From: a bacterium
Lineage (GTDB): Bacteria; Ratteibacteria; UBA8468; B48-G9; JAFGKM01
DNA: 60,876 nucleotides
Assembly (NCBI GenBank): GCA_035371905.1
Contig: DAORXQ010000001.1
Coordinates: 1-60,876, forward strand
Direction of reading: 5' to 3'
Below, piece after piece: positions 38,189-46,540 of the stretch. Position numbers and translations under genes: made by a program. Under the pieces are notes generated by a model. It was given only the letters and a program-made list of their open reading frames with translations. It had not been told where the DNA came from and did not search any database. Within the stretch, counting starts at the first letter, position 1. Each line of letters starts with the position of its first letter.

Positions 38189-39763
38189 ATGGAAAAAGTA
38201 AAAGTTTTGATAACAGAGCCATTTGAAAAAGAAGGAAAAGATATTCTTGTGAATGAAGGATTTGAGGTTAAAGAAGCAGGGAAAGTATCCTCTGAAGAAT
38301 TAATAGATATGATAACTCCTTATGATGTATTAATAGTAAGGAGTGGAACAAAAGTAACAAAGGAGGTAATAGAAAAAGGAGAAAAACTTAAAATAATTGG
38401 AAGAGCCGGTGTTGGTCTTGATAATATTGATATAGAGGCGGCTACTTTAAATGGTGTAATTGTGATGAATGCTCCTGAAGGAAATACAATTTCAGCCGCT
38501 GAACATACAATAGGTCTTATTTTTTCACTTGCAAGAAATATACCGGCTGCAAACCAGACATTAAAAAACGGAAAATGGGAAAAAAAGAAATTTTTAGGAA
38601 CTGAACTATATGGAAAAACATTGGGGATAATCGGTCTTGGAAGAATAGGTAAAAGAGTTGCAAGTATGGCAAAAGGAATTGGTATGAAAGTTGTCGGATA
38701 TGACCCGTATGTTAAAGAGGAAGTGATAAGAGATCTTGGTGTTACTATGTTAAATTTTGAAGGGGTACTTAAACAAAGTGATATAATTACATTTCATCTT
38801 CCACTTAAAGATGAGACATATCATTTAATAAGTGATAAAGAATTTGAAATTATGAAAGATGGAGTTATGATAGTAAACTGTGCAAGAGGTGGAATTATAG
38901 ACGAAGAAGCACTTGTAAGGTATCTAAAAAAGGGCAAGATTAAAGGCGCGGCTTTAGATGTATTTGAAAAAGAACCCATTGAAAGTTCTCCTCTTTTTGA
39001 ATTTGAAAATGTTATAGTAACACCGCACCTCGGAGCCTCTACAAAGGAAGCTCAGGTAAATGTTGCATGCCAACTTGCAACTCAAATAGTTGATGCAATA
39101 AAAAAGAAAATTGTTAAAAATGCTGTTAATTTCCCTGTCCTTGACGAAAAAACATATGAAAAATTAAGGGGGTATCTTTCACTTGGAGAAAAAATGGGAT
39201 TGTTTTTAAGACAGATGATTGATGGAGATTTAAAAAGTGTTGAAATCAAATATTCAGGAGAAATAGCGGATTATGACCTGACTTTACTGAGGGCTAATAT
39301 ACTTGTCGGTCTTTTGAAAGAAGAGAAAAAAGTAAATCCTATAAATGTTTTATTGATAATGAAAGAAAAAGGCATTAAACTTATTGAAAAAAGAGAAAAA
39401 ACTCCATCTGAATTCACAAATTTAATTACAGTTGAAGTAAAAAATTCAAAAAAAGTTTCTTTATCAGGGACTCTGGTAAGGGATGAAGGAAGAATTGTTA
39501 AAATTGATGATTTTTCTGTTGAAGCTGTACCTGAAGGTTTTTTACTTATTTGCTATAACGAGGACAAACCGGGAATTATGGGTCATATAGGTACAATTCT
39601 TGGACAAAAAGGTATAAACATTGCTTCAATGACTCTTGGAAGGAAGAAAAAAGGTGGACCTGCAATAACTGTTTTAAATCTTGACCAAGAAGTTGATAGA
39701 GAGGTATTATTAAAAATAAAGGAGTTTCCAGCAATAAAATCGGTCAGACTGGTAAGGATATAA
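38189..39763 (+). CDS. serA: D-3-phosphoglycerate dehydrogenase, long form with ACT domain
   Basis: GIIGLGRIGKRVA Rossmann motif, catalytic region ..NCARGG..D..AL, C-terminal ACT (GIMGHIGTILGQKGINIASM). Confidence 0.9.
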   Translation: MEKVKVLITEPFEKEGKDILVNEGFEVKEAGKVSSEELIDMITPYDVLIVRSGTKVTKEVIEKGEKLKIIGRAGVGLDNIDIEAATLNGVIVMNAPEGNTISAAEHTIGLIFSLARNIPAANQTLKNGKWEKKKFLGTELYGKTLGIIGLGRIGKRVASMAKGIGMKVVGYDPYVKEEVIRDLGVTMLNFEGVLKQSDIITFHLPLKDETYHLISDKEFEIMKDGVMIVNCARGGIIDEEALVRYLKKGKIKGAALDVFEKEPIESSPLFEFENVIVTPHLGASTKEAQVNVACQLATQIVDAIKKKIVKNAVNFPVLDEKTYEKLRGYLSLGEKMGLFLRQMIDGDLKSVEIKYSGEIADYDLTLLRANILVGLLKEEKKVNPINVLLIMKEKGIKLIEKREKTPSEFTNLITVEVKNSKKVSLSGTLVRDEGRIVKIDDFSVEAVPEGFLLICYNEDKPGIMGHIGTILGQKGINIASMTLGRKKKGGPAITVLNLDQEVDREVLLKIKEFPAIKSVRLVRI

Positions 39764-39768
39764 AAAAA

Positions 39769-39861
39769 ATGGAACTAAAAATTAAAATAGATAAAAAACA
39801 TAGTAACAAATTTTTAAAGATTATTTTTCTAGAGTTCCTTCCTGTCTGTCGTGCTGGATAA
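39769..39861 (+). CDS. Speculative 30-codon upstream ORF (MELKIKIDKKHSNKFLKIIFLEFLPVCRAG)
   Basis: The ATG lies 5 nt after the serA stop. The TAA ends 1 nt before the left arm of the hairpin that masks the rny SD. It has no SD of its own. Confidence 0.15.
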   Translation: MELKIKIDKKHSNKFLKIIFLEFLPVCRAG

Positions 39862-39892
39862 CTCCTTTACTTAATTTTTAAAAGTAAAGGAG
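39862..39892 (+). promoter_or_regulatory. Perfect 11-bp stem-loop (CTCCTTTACTT-N9-AAGTAAAGGAG) occluding the rny Shine-Dalgarno
   Basis: The arms are exact reverse complements. The right arm contains AAGGAG of the SD, 7 nt from the ATG at 39899. Confidence 0.5.
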
Positions 39893-39898
39893 GGCAAA

Positions 39899-41476
39899 AT
39901 GCCAAATTCAATAAATACTCTCAAACTTGTTATGCCCTGGTTTATTCTCTGGGGTGCAATATCAATACTTGTGGGATATTTATGGAGAAAATATGTTGGA
40001 GAAAGGACAATTAAATCAGCAGAAAAGAAGGCAAAAGAAATCATACAAGAAGCAGAAGATATAGCATTAAAGAAAAAGAGGGAAATAGATATAGAAGCAA
40101 AAGAATTGTTTTACAGATTAAGAAGCGATTTTGAGAAAGAAACAAAAAACAAAAGAAAAGAATTACAGTTTCAGGAAAAAAGATTACAGCAAAAAGAACT
40201 TGCAATTGAAAGAAAAGCAGAAATTATTGAGATTAAAGAAGAGGAATTATCAAAAAGGGAAAAAGAAATACAGAGAAGAGAAGAAGAGATTAAAAATAAG
40301 GAGATGGAATATTTACAACTCATAGAAGAAGAAAAGAAAAAACTTGAAGCAATTTCCGGTATTTCAAGAGAGGAAGCAAAAAATCAACTTTTGAAAATAA
40401 TGGAAGAGGAAGCAAAAAAAGAAGCGATAAAATTACAGCAAAAAATTGAAAATGAAGTAAGAGAGAATGCTGAAAAAAAAGCAAGAGAAATTTTATTGAC
40501 CACAATGCAACGATTAGCACCTGAAGAAGCGACTGAAAGTGTTGTTTCTGTTGTCAGTTTACCATCCGATGAAATTAAAGGAAGGATTATAGGAAGAGAA
40601 GGAAGAAACATTAAAGTTTTTGAAGCACTTACAGGAGTAGACCTGATAGTTGACGATACTCCTGAAGCGGTTACAATTTCCTGCTTTAATCTTTATAGAA
40701 GAGAACTTGCAAGACAGGCACTTGAAAAACTTATTGCAGATGGAAGAATACATCCAGCAAGAATTGAAGAGATTGTTGAAAAGACAAAAAAAGAACTTGA
40801 AGAACAACTTGTAGAAGATGGAAACAGGACATTACTTGAAATAGGAATAGAAAATGTACATCCAGAACTTGTAAAATTACTTGGTAAATTAAAATACAGA
40901 ACAAGTTATGGACAAAATCTTCTTATTCACAGTAAAGAATGTGCATTTATGGCAGGAATTATTGCTTCTGAACTCGGATATGACCCAAAAATTGCAAAAA
41001 GAGCAGCACTTTTTCATGATATAGGAAAAGCAGTTGACCAGGAAGTTGAAGGTGCACATCCTGAAATTGGTGGAGAAATTTTGAAAAAATATGGAGAATC
41101 TGAAGAAATTATAAATGCTGCTCTTAATCATCACAATGACATGCCAATTAATGAACCATATACAGTTATATCTCAGATTGTAGATGCACTTTCTGCTACA
41201 AGAACAGGAGCAAGAAGAGATACTCTTGAAAAATATTTAAGAAGGATAGAAGAACTTGAAAAAATTGCTTCTTCTTTTAAAGGGGTAGATTCTGCTTATG
41301 CTATATCTGCTGGAAGGGAAGTCAGGGTAATAGTTAAACCTGAAGAAATCACAGATGATGAAGCAAGAACCCTCGCAAAAGAAATTGCAAAAAAGATTGA
41401 AGAAAACATGGAATACATAGGACAGGTGAAAGTAACTGTCATAAGAGAAAGAAGAGAAGTGGAATTTGCTAAATAA
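39899..41476 (+). CDS. rny: Ribonuclease Y
   Basis: N-terminal TM, K/E-rich coiled coil, KH domain (GRIIGREGRNIK), HD domain (LFHDIGKA). Confidence 0.92.
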   Translation: MPNSINTLKLVMPWFILWGAISILVGYLWRKYVGERTIKSAEKKAKEIIQEAEDIALKKKREIDIEAKELFYRLRSDFEKETKNKRKELQFQEKRLQQKELAIERKAEIIEIKEEELSKREKEIQRREEEIKNKEMEYLQLIEEEKKKLEAISGISREEAKNQLLKIMEEEAKKEAIKLQQKIENEVRENAEKKAREILLTTMQRLAPEEATESVVSVVSLPSDEIKGRIIGREGRNIKVFEALTGVDLIVDDTPEAVTISCFNLYRRELARQALEKLIADGRIHPARIEEIVEKTKKELEEQLVEDGNRTLLEIGIENVHPELVKLLGKLKYRTSYGQNLLIHSKECAFMAGIIASELGYDPKIAKRAALFHDIGKAVDQEVEGAHPEIGGEILKKYGESEEIINAALNHHNDMPINEPYTVISQIVDALSATRTGARRDTLEKYLRRIEELEKIASSFKGVDSAYAISAGREVRVIVKPEEITDDEARTLAKEIAKKIEENMEYIGQVKVTVIRERREVEFAK

Positions 41477-42138
41477 TGGAAGTTAAAAAGTTACACAGGT
41501 GGGATATAGATAAAGAAGAAGCAGAGAAAATACAGGAAAGGTTAAAAGATAAAGTTGTGATAAAACCCTTATCAAAAAAAATAAATATTATATGCGGGAT
41601 TGATAGTAGTTATAATGAAGAAACAATACAAACATGCGGTGTTTTATGTAAATTCCCTGAACTTGAAATAATAGAAATTGTAAAAATTAAGGGAAAGGTG
41701 AAATTCCCCTATATTCCGGGACTTCTTGCATTCAGGGAAGGTGAAAATACAGTCAATCTTATAGAAAAAATAGAAAAGGAAGTGGATTGTTTTATTTTTG
41801 ATGGACACGGAATTGCTCATCCTAAAAAATTTGGTTTTGCTTCTCACATAGGAGTACTGATTGAAAAACCAACTATTGGATGTGCAAAGTCCTTACTTTA
41901 TGGTAATTATTTTGAACCACCCTCTTTCCCGCTTTCATCAACATTTATAAAAGACACTGAAGGAGAAATAATTGGCCATGCTTTAAGAAATTACAATGAT
42001 GGAATAATTTTTATTTCTCCCGGACATTTAATTGATTTTAAGGATTCTTTAAGTACTGTAATCAAATGTATGAAAGAGAAATACTCTATCCCTTATCCTT
42101 TATATCTTGCACATGAAAACTCAAAGTTAACTGACTGA
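41476..42138 (+). CDS. nfi: Endonuclease V
   Basis: GIDSSY.., PYIPGLLAFREG, DGHGIAHP motifs. Confidence 0.85.
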   Translation: MEVKKLHRWDIDKEEAEKIQERLKDKVVIKPLSKKINIICGIDSSYNEETIQTCGVLCKFPELEIIEIVKIKGKVKFPYIPGLLAFREGENTVNLIEKIEKEVDCFIFDGHGIAHPKKFGFASHIGVLIEKPTIGCAKSLLYGNYFEPPSFPLSSTFIKDTEGEIIGHALRNYNDGIIFISPGHLIDFKDSLSTVIKCMKEKYSIPYPLYLAHENSKLTD

Positions 42139-43649
42139 TACTTTTTGTTTTTTCTACTTTCAATTATCTCTTTATTCAGAATACATCCAGGGTCAGGAGA
42201 AACAAAATCACCAAAATAAGCATAACTTCTTGCAACACATCCTCCACAAACAGAAAAATATTTACCCTTACAACCATATCTTTCAGGATGATTTCTCCTA
42301 TCCCTTATTATATTCAAAACTTCTGAATTATCCCACACATTCAAAAGATTTTCCTTTTTAATCTCTCCATTTTCTTTTATACTTCCTATATAAACATCAG
42401 GCATAAAAACACATGGAGTTATACTTCCATCAGGTTGAATTGCTATATATGCTCTTCCTGCTCCACAGCCACCAATAAGTTCAACAATGTTTTTTAGTTT
42501 TTTTACATTACCAGATGTAAAATGGCCGATGATAGTAAAATCCCCTTCTCCAAGTTCATACATCTGTTTACAGTATCTACCAAATTGAGGCGCAGTTGAA
42601 AGTAAAGTTTCTTTTCCAGTTTTCAAATCTTCATAAAACAATTCAAACAATTTTTCTCTTTCCTCACACGTTAAATCATTTCCAAAATCAGCCCTTCCAC
42701 ATGGTATATAATTATATAAAACAACTTTTCTTATTCCAAGTTGGTCTCTCAATTTAATCATTTCAGGTACTTGATTTTTAACAATTGCATTTTCTCTTGC
42801 AACAGTAAAGGAGATACAAACCTTGTCTGCCTCCCCAACTTCTACTAAATTTTTAATTCCATTCAACGTTTTCTCAAATGAACCATTAACACCTCTAAAA
42901 CTATCATGTATTTCAGGACTGGCACCATCTAAACTTACTCCATAATATGCAAAACCGATCTCCTTTAATCTTTCTGCCACTTTTTTTGTTATCATGGTTC
43001 CATTTGTATTTATTGACATATATAAACCGCCCTCTTTACCAATCTTTGCAAGTTCCCAGAAAACAGGATCCATCAATGGTTCTCCTCCTGCGAATGCAAG
43101 AGTTGGAATGTTTGTTTTTACTATTTCCTCCATAACTTTTATTTTTTCCTCATTAGTCAGTTCATCAGGAAGTCCTTTTGATAAAACACCTGCATCTTCA
43201 TAACAGTGTTTACATCTCAAATTACATCTACCTGTAATATTCCATACAACCATTAGTGGTTCAGCAAAGATAAGTGGTTCTCTTACTCCATATTTTATAA
43301 CTGTCTCAGCAATATTAAAAACAGACCTTTTTATAACCGGATTTTTCATTGCTTCTTTCAATTCTTTTCTCTCAATAGAAAAAATTTTACATATATGGTC
43401 AAAAATCATATAAGGAACAATGGTTTCCTTCTCCTTAAAAATTCTTTCTAAAATCCCCCGTGTATCTATACTGAACTTTTCAATAAATTCTTCAAGTTTA
43501 GTTTTTCCATTTTCATCTTCTTTAAGGTATTTTAACAGAACCCTTTTTGTCATATAACTATTAAGAATTTTATAAAGTGTCCCTTTTTTTAAACCATCAG
43601 AAAGGGTTTCAGGATTAAAAGGAAATCTATTTAAATTCCAGAGTCCCAT
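42093..43649 (-). CDS. Radical SAM enzyme with a C-terminal SPASM-type auxiliary cluster domain and a ~130-aa N-terminal extension
   Basis: NITGRCNLRCKHCYE (CxxxCxxC). Cys-rich C-terminus GGCGAGRAY...PCVFMP...CGGCVARSY. Confidence 0.75.
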   Translation of the reverse strand: MGLWNLNRFPFNPETLSDGLKKGTLYKILNSYMTKRVLLKYLKEDENGKTKLEEFIEKFSIDTRGILERIFKEKETIVPYMIFDHICKIFSIERKELKEAMKNPVIKRSVFNIAETVIKYGVREPLIFAEPLMVVWNITGRCNLRCKHCYEDAGVLSKGLPDELTNEEKIKVMEEIVKTNIPTLAFAGGEPLMDPVFWELAKIGKEGGLYMSINTNGTMITKKVAERLKEIGFAYYGVSLDGASPEIHDSFRGVNGSFEKTLNGIKNLVEVGEADKVCISFTVARENAIVKNQVPEMIKLRDQLGIRKVVLYNYIPCGRADFGNDLTCEEREKLFELFYEDLKTGKETLLSTAPQFGRYCKQMYELGEGDFTIIGHFTSGNVKKLKNIVELIGGCGAGRAYIAIQPDGSITPCVFMPDVYIGSIKENGEIKKENLLNVWDNSEVLNIIRDRRNHPERYGCKGKYFSVCGGCVARSYAYFGDFVSPDPGCILNKEIIESRKNKKYQSVNFEFSCARYKG

Positions 43650-43661
43650 TTTCCACCTCCT

Positions 43662-44126
43662 TTAATTTTCTTCATATTTCATTTTTTTCAAATCTATATT
43701 TGTTTCTTTAAGGATTCTCCTTATTGTTTCATGACTTATTCCTTCAACAATCCCTTTATCTTCAAGATAATTTTTCAACTTATAAAGAGTCCACATTGAA
43801 AATAAAAGTCCGAGTTTTCTCGGAGGTGTTTTAACAATCTCTATTATTCTGTTTTTTATATTTTCTTTAAATTTCTTCTTTTTACCTGTTTCAGGAGATT
43901 CAACAATTGATTCCAGACCATGTTTATTATATCTGTGAATCCATTTTCTTAAATGATTTGGATGAATTTTTATAATTTTTGTTATTTCAGAAACTTTATA
44001 TCTATGAATACCCGAAAGAATTATAAGATGCGCTCTTTTTTTAATATATTCTTTTTCATCTTTTAAAAATTCAAATAATTTTTTAACATCTTCCTTTTTA
44101 ATTTCAGCAAATAAATGTTTTGCCAT
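43662..44126 (-). CDS. Stand-alone IS630-type transposase N-terminal HTH/winged-helix protein; no DDE domain
   Basis: The pattern KRAHLIILSGIHRYKVSEITKIIKIHPNHLRKWIHRYNKHGLESI and ..WTLYKLKNYLE.. resembles the IS630 DNA-binding half. The gene ends 12 nt before the radical SAM gene. Confidence 0.5.
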   Translation of the reverse strand: MAKHLFAEIKKEDVKKLFEFLKDEKEYIKKRAHLIILSGIHRYKVSEITKIIKIHPNHLRKWIHRYNKHGLESIVESPETGKKKKFKENIKNRIIEIVKTPPRKLGLLFSMWTLYKLKNYLEDKGIVEGISHETIRRILKETNIDLKKMKYEEN

Positions 44127-44168
44127 TTAACCCCCTTTTTTGAAATTATTATACCCTGTTTTTTGAAA

Positions 44169-44197
44169 TTGTCAAGAGAATTAATATATGTTAGTAT
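44169..44197 (+). promoter_or_regulatory. Promoter TTGTCA-N17-(TGt)TAGTAT, 6 nt upstream of the sigma-factor ATG (leaderless candidate)
   Basis: Counted directly. Only TTTTTT separates the -10 box from the ATG at 44204. Confidence 0.45.
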
Positions 44198-44203
44198 TTT
44201 TTT

Positions 44204-44779
44204 ATGAATGAAATTGAACTTGTTGAAAGGGCTAAGGCAGGAGACAATAAAGCATTTGAAGAACTTGTAAAAAGAACACAGGATAAAATTTATAATCTTG
44301 GACTCAAAATTCTTGGGAATAGAGAAGATGCTGCGGATCTTCTTCAGGAAACCTATATAAAAGCATATGAAAGTTTGCAAAACTTTGAAGGAAGGTCTTC
44401 TTTTTCAACATGGCTTTACAGAATTGCTACAAATTTTGCCCTTATGAAATTAAGAAAGGAAAAATATAAAAAAATATCAATAGATGAAATAAAAGAAGCA
44501 TCTGATGGAAGTTATAAATTAGAAATCTCTGACTGGTCAAATAACCCTCATCTCCAATACAAAAATGAAGAATTGAGAGAGATTTTAAACGAAGCAATAA
44601 ATTCCTTACCTCCGAAATATAAAACTATTTTTATATTACACGATATAGAAGGACTTTCATTATCAGAAATATCAGAAATTCTTTCACTATCAATACCAAC
44701 TATAAAAACAAGAATTCACAGAAGCAGATTGTATTTAAGGGAAAAACTATCAGAATATTTTAAAAGGAAAGGAAATTAA
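44204..44779 (+). CDS. ECF-type RNA polymerase sigma-70 family factor
   Basis: Region 2 (DAADLLQETYIKAY..FSTWLYRIATN) and region 4 (LSLSEISEILSLSIPTIKTRIHRSR). Confidence 0.88.
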   Translation: MNEIELVERAKAGDNKAFEELVKRTQDKIYNLGLKILGNREDAADLLQETYIKAYESLQNFEGRSSFSTWLYRIATNFALMKLRKEKYKKISIDEIKEASDGSYKLEISDWSNNPHLQYKNEELREILNEAINSLPPKYKTIFILHDIEGLSLSEISEILSLSIPTIKTRIHRSRLYLREKLSEYFKRKGN

Positions 44780-44780
44780 A

Positions 44781-45014
44781 ATGGATTGCAGAGAGATTAT
44801 AAAACTTATATCTGACTACATTGATAAAGAAATAGAACAGACAAAAAAAGAAATACTTGAAGAACATATTAAAATCTGCAAAAAATGTGAATCTATTTTA
44901 AATACTACTGAAAAAACCTTATTCCTTTCAAGAAAGATTTATAAAAATAAAAAAATCCCAAAAAAAATAGAAAAGACACTTTATTATCAAATAAGAATAA
45001 GATATAAAAAGTGA
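44781..45014 (+). CDS. Soluble zinc-binding anti-sigma factor (ZAS, zf-HC2)
   Basis: H29-x3-C33-x2-C36 (EEHIKICKKCE) plus Cys3. No TM segment. Starts 1 nt after the sigma gene. Confidence 0.7.
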   Translation: MDCREIIKLISDYIDKEIEQTKKEILEEHIKICKKCESILNTTEKTLFLSRKIYKNKKIPKKIEKTLYYQIRIRYKK

Positions 45015-45019
45015 AACCA

Positions 45020-45066
45020 ACCTCCTTTTCTGCTCATCTAAAAAATGAAAAAACAGGAAAGGAGGT
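45020..45066 (+). promoter_or_regulatory. 13-bp stem (one G-U pair) sequestering the hsp20 Shine-Dalgarno; RNA-thermometer candidate
   Basis: ACCTCCTTTTCTG (45020-45032) pairs with CAGGAAAGGAGGT (45054-45066). GGAGG of the SD lies inside the right arm and the ATG is at 45075. Confidence 0.5.
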
Positions 45067-45074
45067 GATGAAAA

Positions 45075-45515
45075 ATGGCAAAACTCGCAAGATGGAATCC
45101 AATAAAAGAAGTTCTTGATTTAAGAGATGATTTTGACAGATTAATTGATAGATTCTTCTCAAAAGATTTTGATATTTGGGAAGGACCGAGACCTTTTGAT
45201 GTAGACATATATGAGGAGGCAGATAATGTTGTTGTAAAAGCAGAAATCCCGGGTATGAATAAGGAAGACATCACTGTTTCACTGACCGAGGATACAGTTA
45301 CCATATCCGGGAAAAAAGCAGAGGAAAAGAAGATAGAAAAAGAAAATTATTTCAGAAAAGAAATCCGCACAGGAAGTTTCTCCAGAAGTTTTACTCTTCC
45401 ATGTGCAGTGGATAAGGAAAAAGTAAAAGCCACTTACAAAAATGGCATCCTTGAGATAGTCCTTCCCAAATCAGAAAAAGCAAAGGAAAAAGAAATAAAG
45501 GTAGAAGTTGAATAA
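45075..45515 (+). CDS. Small heat-shock protein, Hsp20/alpha-crystallin family
   Basis: Alpha-crystallin domain (VDIYEEADNVVVKAEIPGM...F.R.F.LP..V....A.Y.NG.L.I.LPK). Confidence 0.9.
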   Translation: MAKLARWNPIKEVLDLRDDFDRLIDRFFSKDFDIWEGPRPFDVDIYEEADNVVVKAEIPGMNKEDITVSLTEDTVTISGKKAEEKKIEKENYFRKEIRTGSFSRSFTLPCAVDKEKVKATYKNGILEIVLPKSEKAKEKEIKVEVE

Positions 45516-45526
45516 TAACTATTCTG

Positions 45527-45558
45527 AAAAAGGGGGGCTTTTCCCCCTTTTTTATTTT
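45527..45558 (+). terminator. Rho-independent terminator after hsp20
   Basis: AAAAAGGGGGG-CTTTT-CCCCCTTTTTT followed by a T-rich tail. Confidence 0.8.
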
Positions 45559-45625
45559 ATTAGAAATATTACCCACTTAAATAATTTTTGAAAAACAGAA
45601 AATATTTGGTGTAAAATAAACGGAA

Positions 45626-46540
45626 ATGAAAAAAGTAATAACAATTGGTGCTGGACCTGCCGGGCTTTCTGCGGGTATTTTTTTGTGCAGGGATAAAATC
45701 CCGACATTAATTATTGAGAAACTTTCTCCTGGTGGAAATATGCTTCTTACAGAAATTATAGAAAACTATCCCGGTTTTCCTGATGGAATAAGTGGTTTTG
45801 CGCTGGCAGAAAATATGAGAAAACAATTTTTAAAATTTGGTGGAGAAATAAAAACAGGAGAAGTTGAAAAAATTGAATTAAAAGATAATGAAAAAATAGT
45901 TATAATGAGAAATGGAGAAATATTAAAATGTGATGTTCTTATAATCGCCTCAGGTTCTTCAAGAAAAAAATTAAATGTGAAGGGAGAAGAAGAACTCATG
46001 GGAAAAGGAGTATCTTACTGTGCAATATGTGATGGTGCTTTCTTCAGGAATAAAGATGTTGCTGTTGTTGGTGGAGGAGATTCTGCACTTGAAGAAAGTA
46101 TATATTTAACAAGATTCGCAAATACAGTTTATCTTATACACAGAAGAGAAAATTTAAGAGGAAAAAGATACTTACAGGAAGAAGTAAAAAACAATAAAAA
46201 GATAAAACTTATATTACCTTACATTGTTAGAGAAATAAAAGGAAAAGAGAAAGTGGAGAAATTGATTTTGCAGAATACTAAAAATGAGGAAATTATTGAT
46301 TTAAAAGTTGACGGTATTTTTATTTCAGCAGGACAAAAACCAAATACAGAATTCTTAAATGGAATTGTAAAAACGGATGATAATGGATTTATAATAGTTA
46401 ATGAAAAAATGGAAACAAATGTACCTGGAATTTATGCATGTGGAGATGTAATTAAAAAATCATTATATCAGATAATAACAGCAGCAAGTGAAGGAATGAT
46501 TGCTGCTTTCTTTGCAGAAAAATATCTTGAAAAACTATAG
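45626..46540 (+). CDS. trxB: Thioredoxin-disulfide reductase
   Basis: GAGPAG FAD motif, redox-active CAICDG, GGGDSA NADPH motif. Confidence 0.9.
   Translation: MKKVITIGAGPAGLSAGIFLCRDKIPTLIIEKLSPGGNMLLTEIIENYPGFPDGISGFALAENMRKQFLKFGGEIKTGEVEKIELKDNEKIVIMRNGEILKCDVLIIASGSSRKKLNVKGEEELMGKGVSYCAICDGAFFRNKDVAVVGGGDSALEESIYLTRFANTVYLIHRRENLRGKRYLQEEVKNNKKIKLILPYIVREIKGKEKVEKLILQNTKNEEIIDLKVDGIFISAGQKPNTEFLNGIVKTDDNGFIIVNEKMETNVPGIYACGDVIKKSLYQIITAASEGMIAAFFAEKYLEKL

Noticed and set aside
42093-42138. 46-nt convergent overlap between nfi and the radical SAM gene, as a possible antisense regulatory arrangement
   Set aside because: It is more simply explained by a non-conserved C-terminal tail (..QSVNFEFSCARYKG) read through until the first stop. 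There is no structural signal.
43662-44126. Possible IS630 insertion sequence
   Set aside because: Only the N-terminal HTH half is present. No DDE domain, no terminal inverted repeats and no TA target duplication could be found, so it is not annotated as a mobile element.
44136-44170. 12-nt perfect direct repeat TTTTTTGAAATT at 44136 and 44159 in the divergent region between the HTH gene and the sigma gene
   Set aside because: It is low-complexity and AT-rich, and easily explained as two TTGAAA -35-like boxes or chance. There is no dyad symmetry or third copy to support a regulator site.
45038-45304. 88-aa minus-strand ORF overlapping hsp20
   Set aside because: It is antisense to a clear alpha-crystallin gene and has no RBS. 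The Ser/Thr-rich low-complexity translation is not protein-like.
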